Below, piece after piece: positions 63,412-64,000 of a stretch of 64,000 nt of DNA (position 1 is its first letter; every line of letters starts with the position of its first letter). Origin of the DNA: Candidatus Bathyarchaeota archaeon (lineage in GTDB: Archaea; Thermoproteota; Bathyarchaeia; Bathyarchaeales; Bathycorpusculaceae); contig CAWGZR010000005.1 of the NCBI GenBank assembly GCA_963827165.1, positions 896,001 to 960,000 on the forward strand, in the 5' to 3' direction. The notes beneath the pieces were generated by a model that worked only from the letters and a program-made list of their open reading frames with translations, had not been told where the DNA came from and made no database searches. The position numbers were made by a program, and so were the translations under genes.

Positions 63412-63630
63412 CCGACTGGAGAGGATTTGAACCCAAGAGGAAGTGAAGATATCACCCGCCAATCTTCCTTTTTCGTTTGTTTTATCCCATGGAAACAAAC
63501 GAAGAAGAAAAGAATTGGGCTGAAAAGGTTCTGGTTAAACGCGAGATTGCTGCAATTGAAGGATTTGCATTTTCTTTTTTCTGTTTAAAGAAATTTTCTT
63601 TCTTAATTTCCTGATCCTAAGCAGATTCCT
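63412..63630 (-). repeat. ~220 bp dispersed repeat, second full-length copy
   Basis: Minus strand GGGTTCAAATCCTCTCCAGTCGG head; collinear with 52214-52413. Confidence 0.75.
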
Positions 63631-63851
63631 AATTTTCTTAAGGCAGCAGGGTTTTAATTTTTTGCGGACGCTGCACGCTTAATTTAGTTCCAAGCTCCAA
63701 TATACTCGAACCGAGTGATTCTTATGAAAAAGATGCATTGGCATTAGTGGCTTTGTTAACAATCGAGTCCGCGTTATCGAACCAGATTTGAAGCCGCGTC
63801 AATGGAAGAGCTTATAGGGGAAATGATGGTACTGGCATATGGTGATTCCAT

Positions 63852-64000
63852 TTGGAAGTCGCAATCGACAAGCAAGGACGAATAGTTATACCTAAAGAAA
63901 TCAGGGAGAAATACGGTCTTTCGCAGGAAGGCAAATTAGCACTAGTAGCCCGCGAAGACGCTATCGAGCTGATTCCGCTAACTGAAGAAGATGATTTGGC
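63852..64000 (+). CDS. AbrB/MazE/SpoVT-type DNA-binding protein (truncated by window end)
   Basis: MEVAIDKQGRIVIPKEIREKYGL; GGTGA SD before TTG. Confidence 0.8.
   Translation, partial: MEVAIDKQGRIVIPKEIREKYGLSQEGKLALVAREDAIELIPLTEEDDL

Noticed and set aside
44368-63434. Intact or split tRNA genes at the TTC(A/G)AAT motifs
   Set aside because: No D-arm, anticodon arm or 5' acceptor strand adjacent, and no complementary leader seen; treated as fragments.

Overview
Archaeal chromosomal segment, most likely Bathyarchaeia. This is inferred from the type IB topoisomerase, a DGGGP-synthase-like UbiA protein, tandem Lrp regulators and an expanded family of secreted PQQ-like beta-propellers. Bases 1-21 kb are mostly housekeeping or transport genes: TopIB, duplicated CBS genes around PadR/MFS, an ECF transporter, glutaminyl cyclase, UbiA and a TPR/AAA pair. 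Bases 21.8-29 kb form a 7-gene minus-strand operon built around a reductase-adenylation fusion. Bases 29-64 kb look like an accessory island. It holds four paralogous membrane-anchored beta-propeller genes (two paired with divergent double-Lrp regulators), cargo-like single genes and several unannotated Cys-rich microproteins. The most notable non-coding signals are (i) about 9 co-oriented tRNA 3'-end fragments (T-arm plus acceptor strand) sitting between genes, some fused to a ~200 bp dispersed repeat with an inverted-repeat module, and (ii) a ~500 nt ORF-poor, multi-stem candidate ncRNA followed by a G-U-rich hairpin leader in front of one propeller gene. No intact tRNA, rRNA, CRISPR array, integrase or transposase was seen. 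Many genes carry single-base indels that probably reflect assembly error. All family calls come from motif recognition by eye; no database searches were run.
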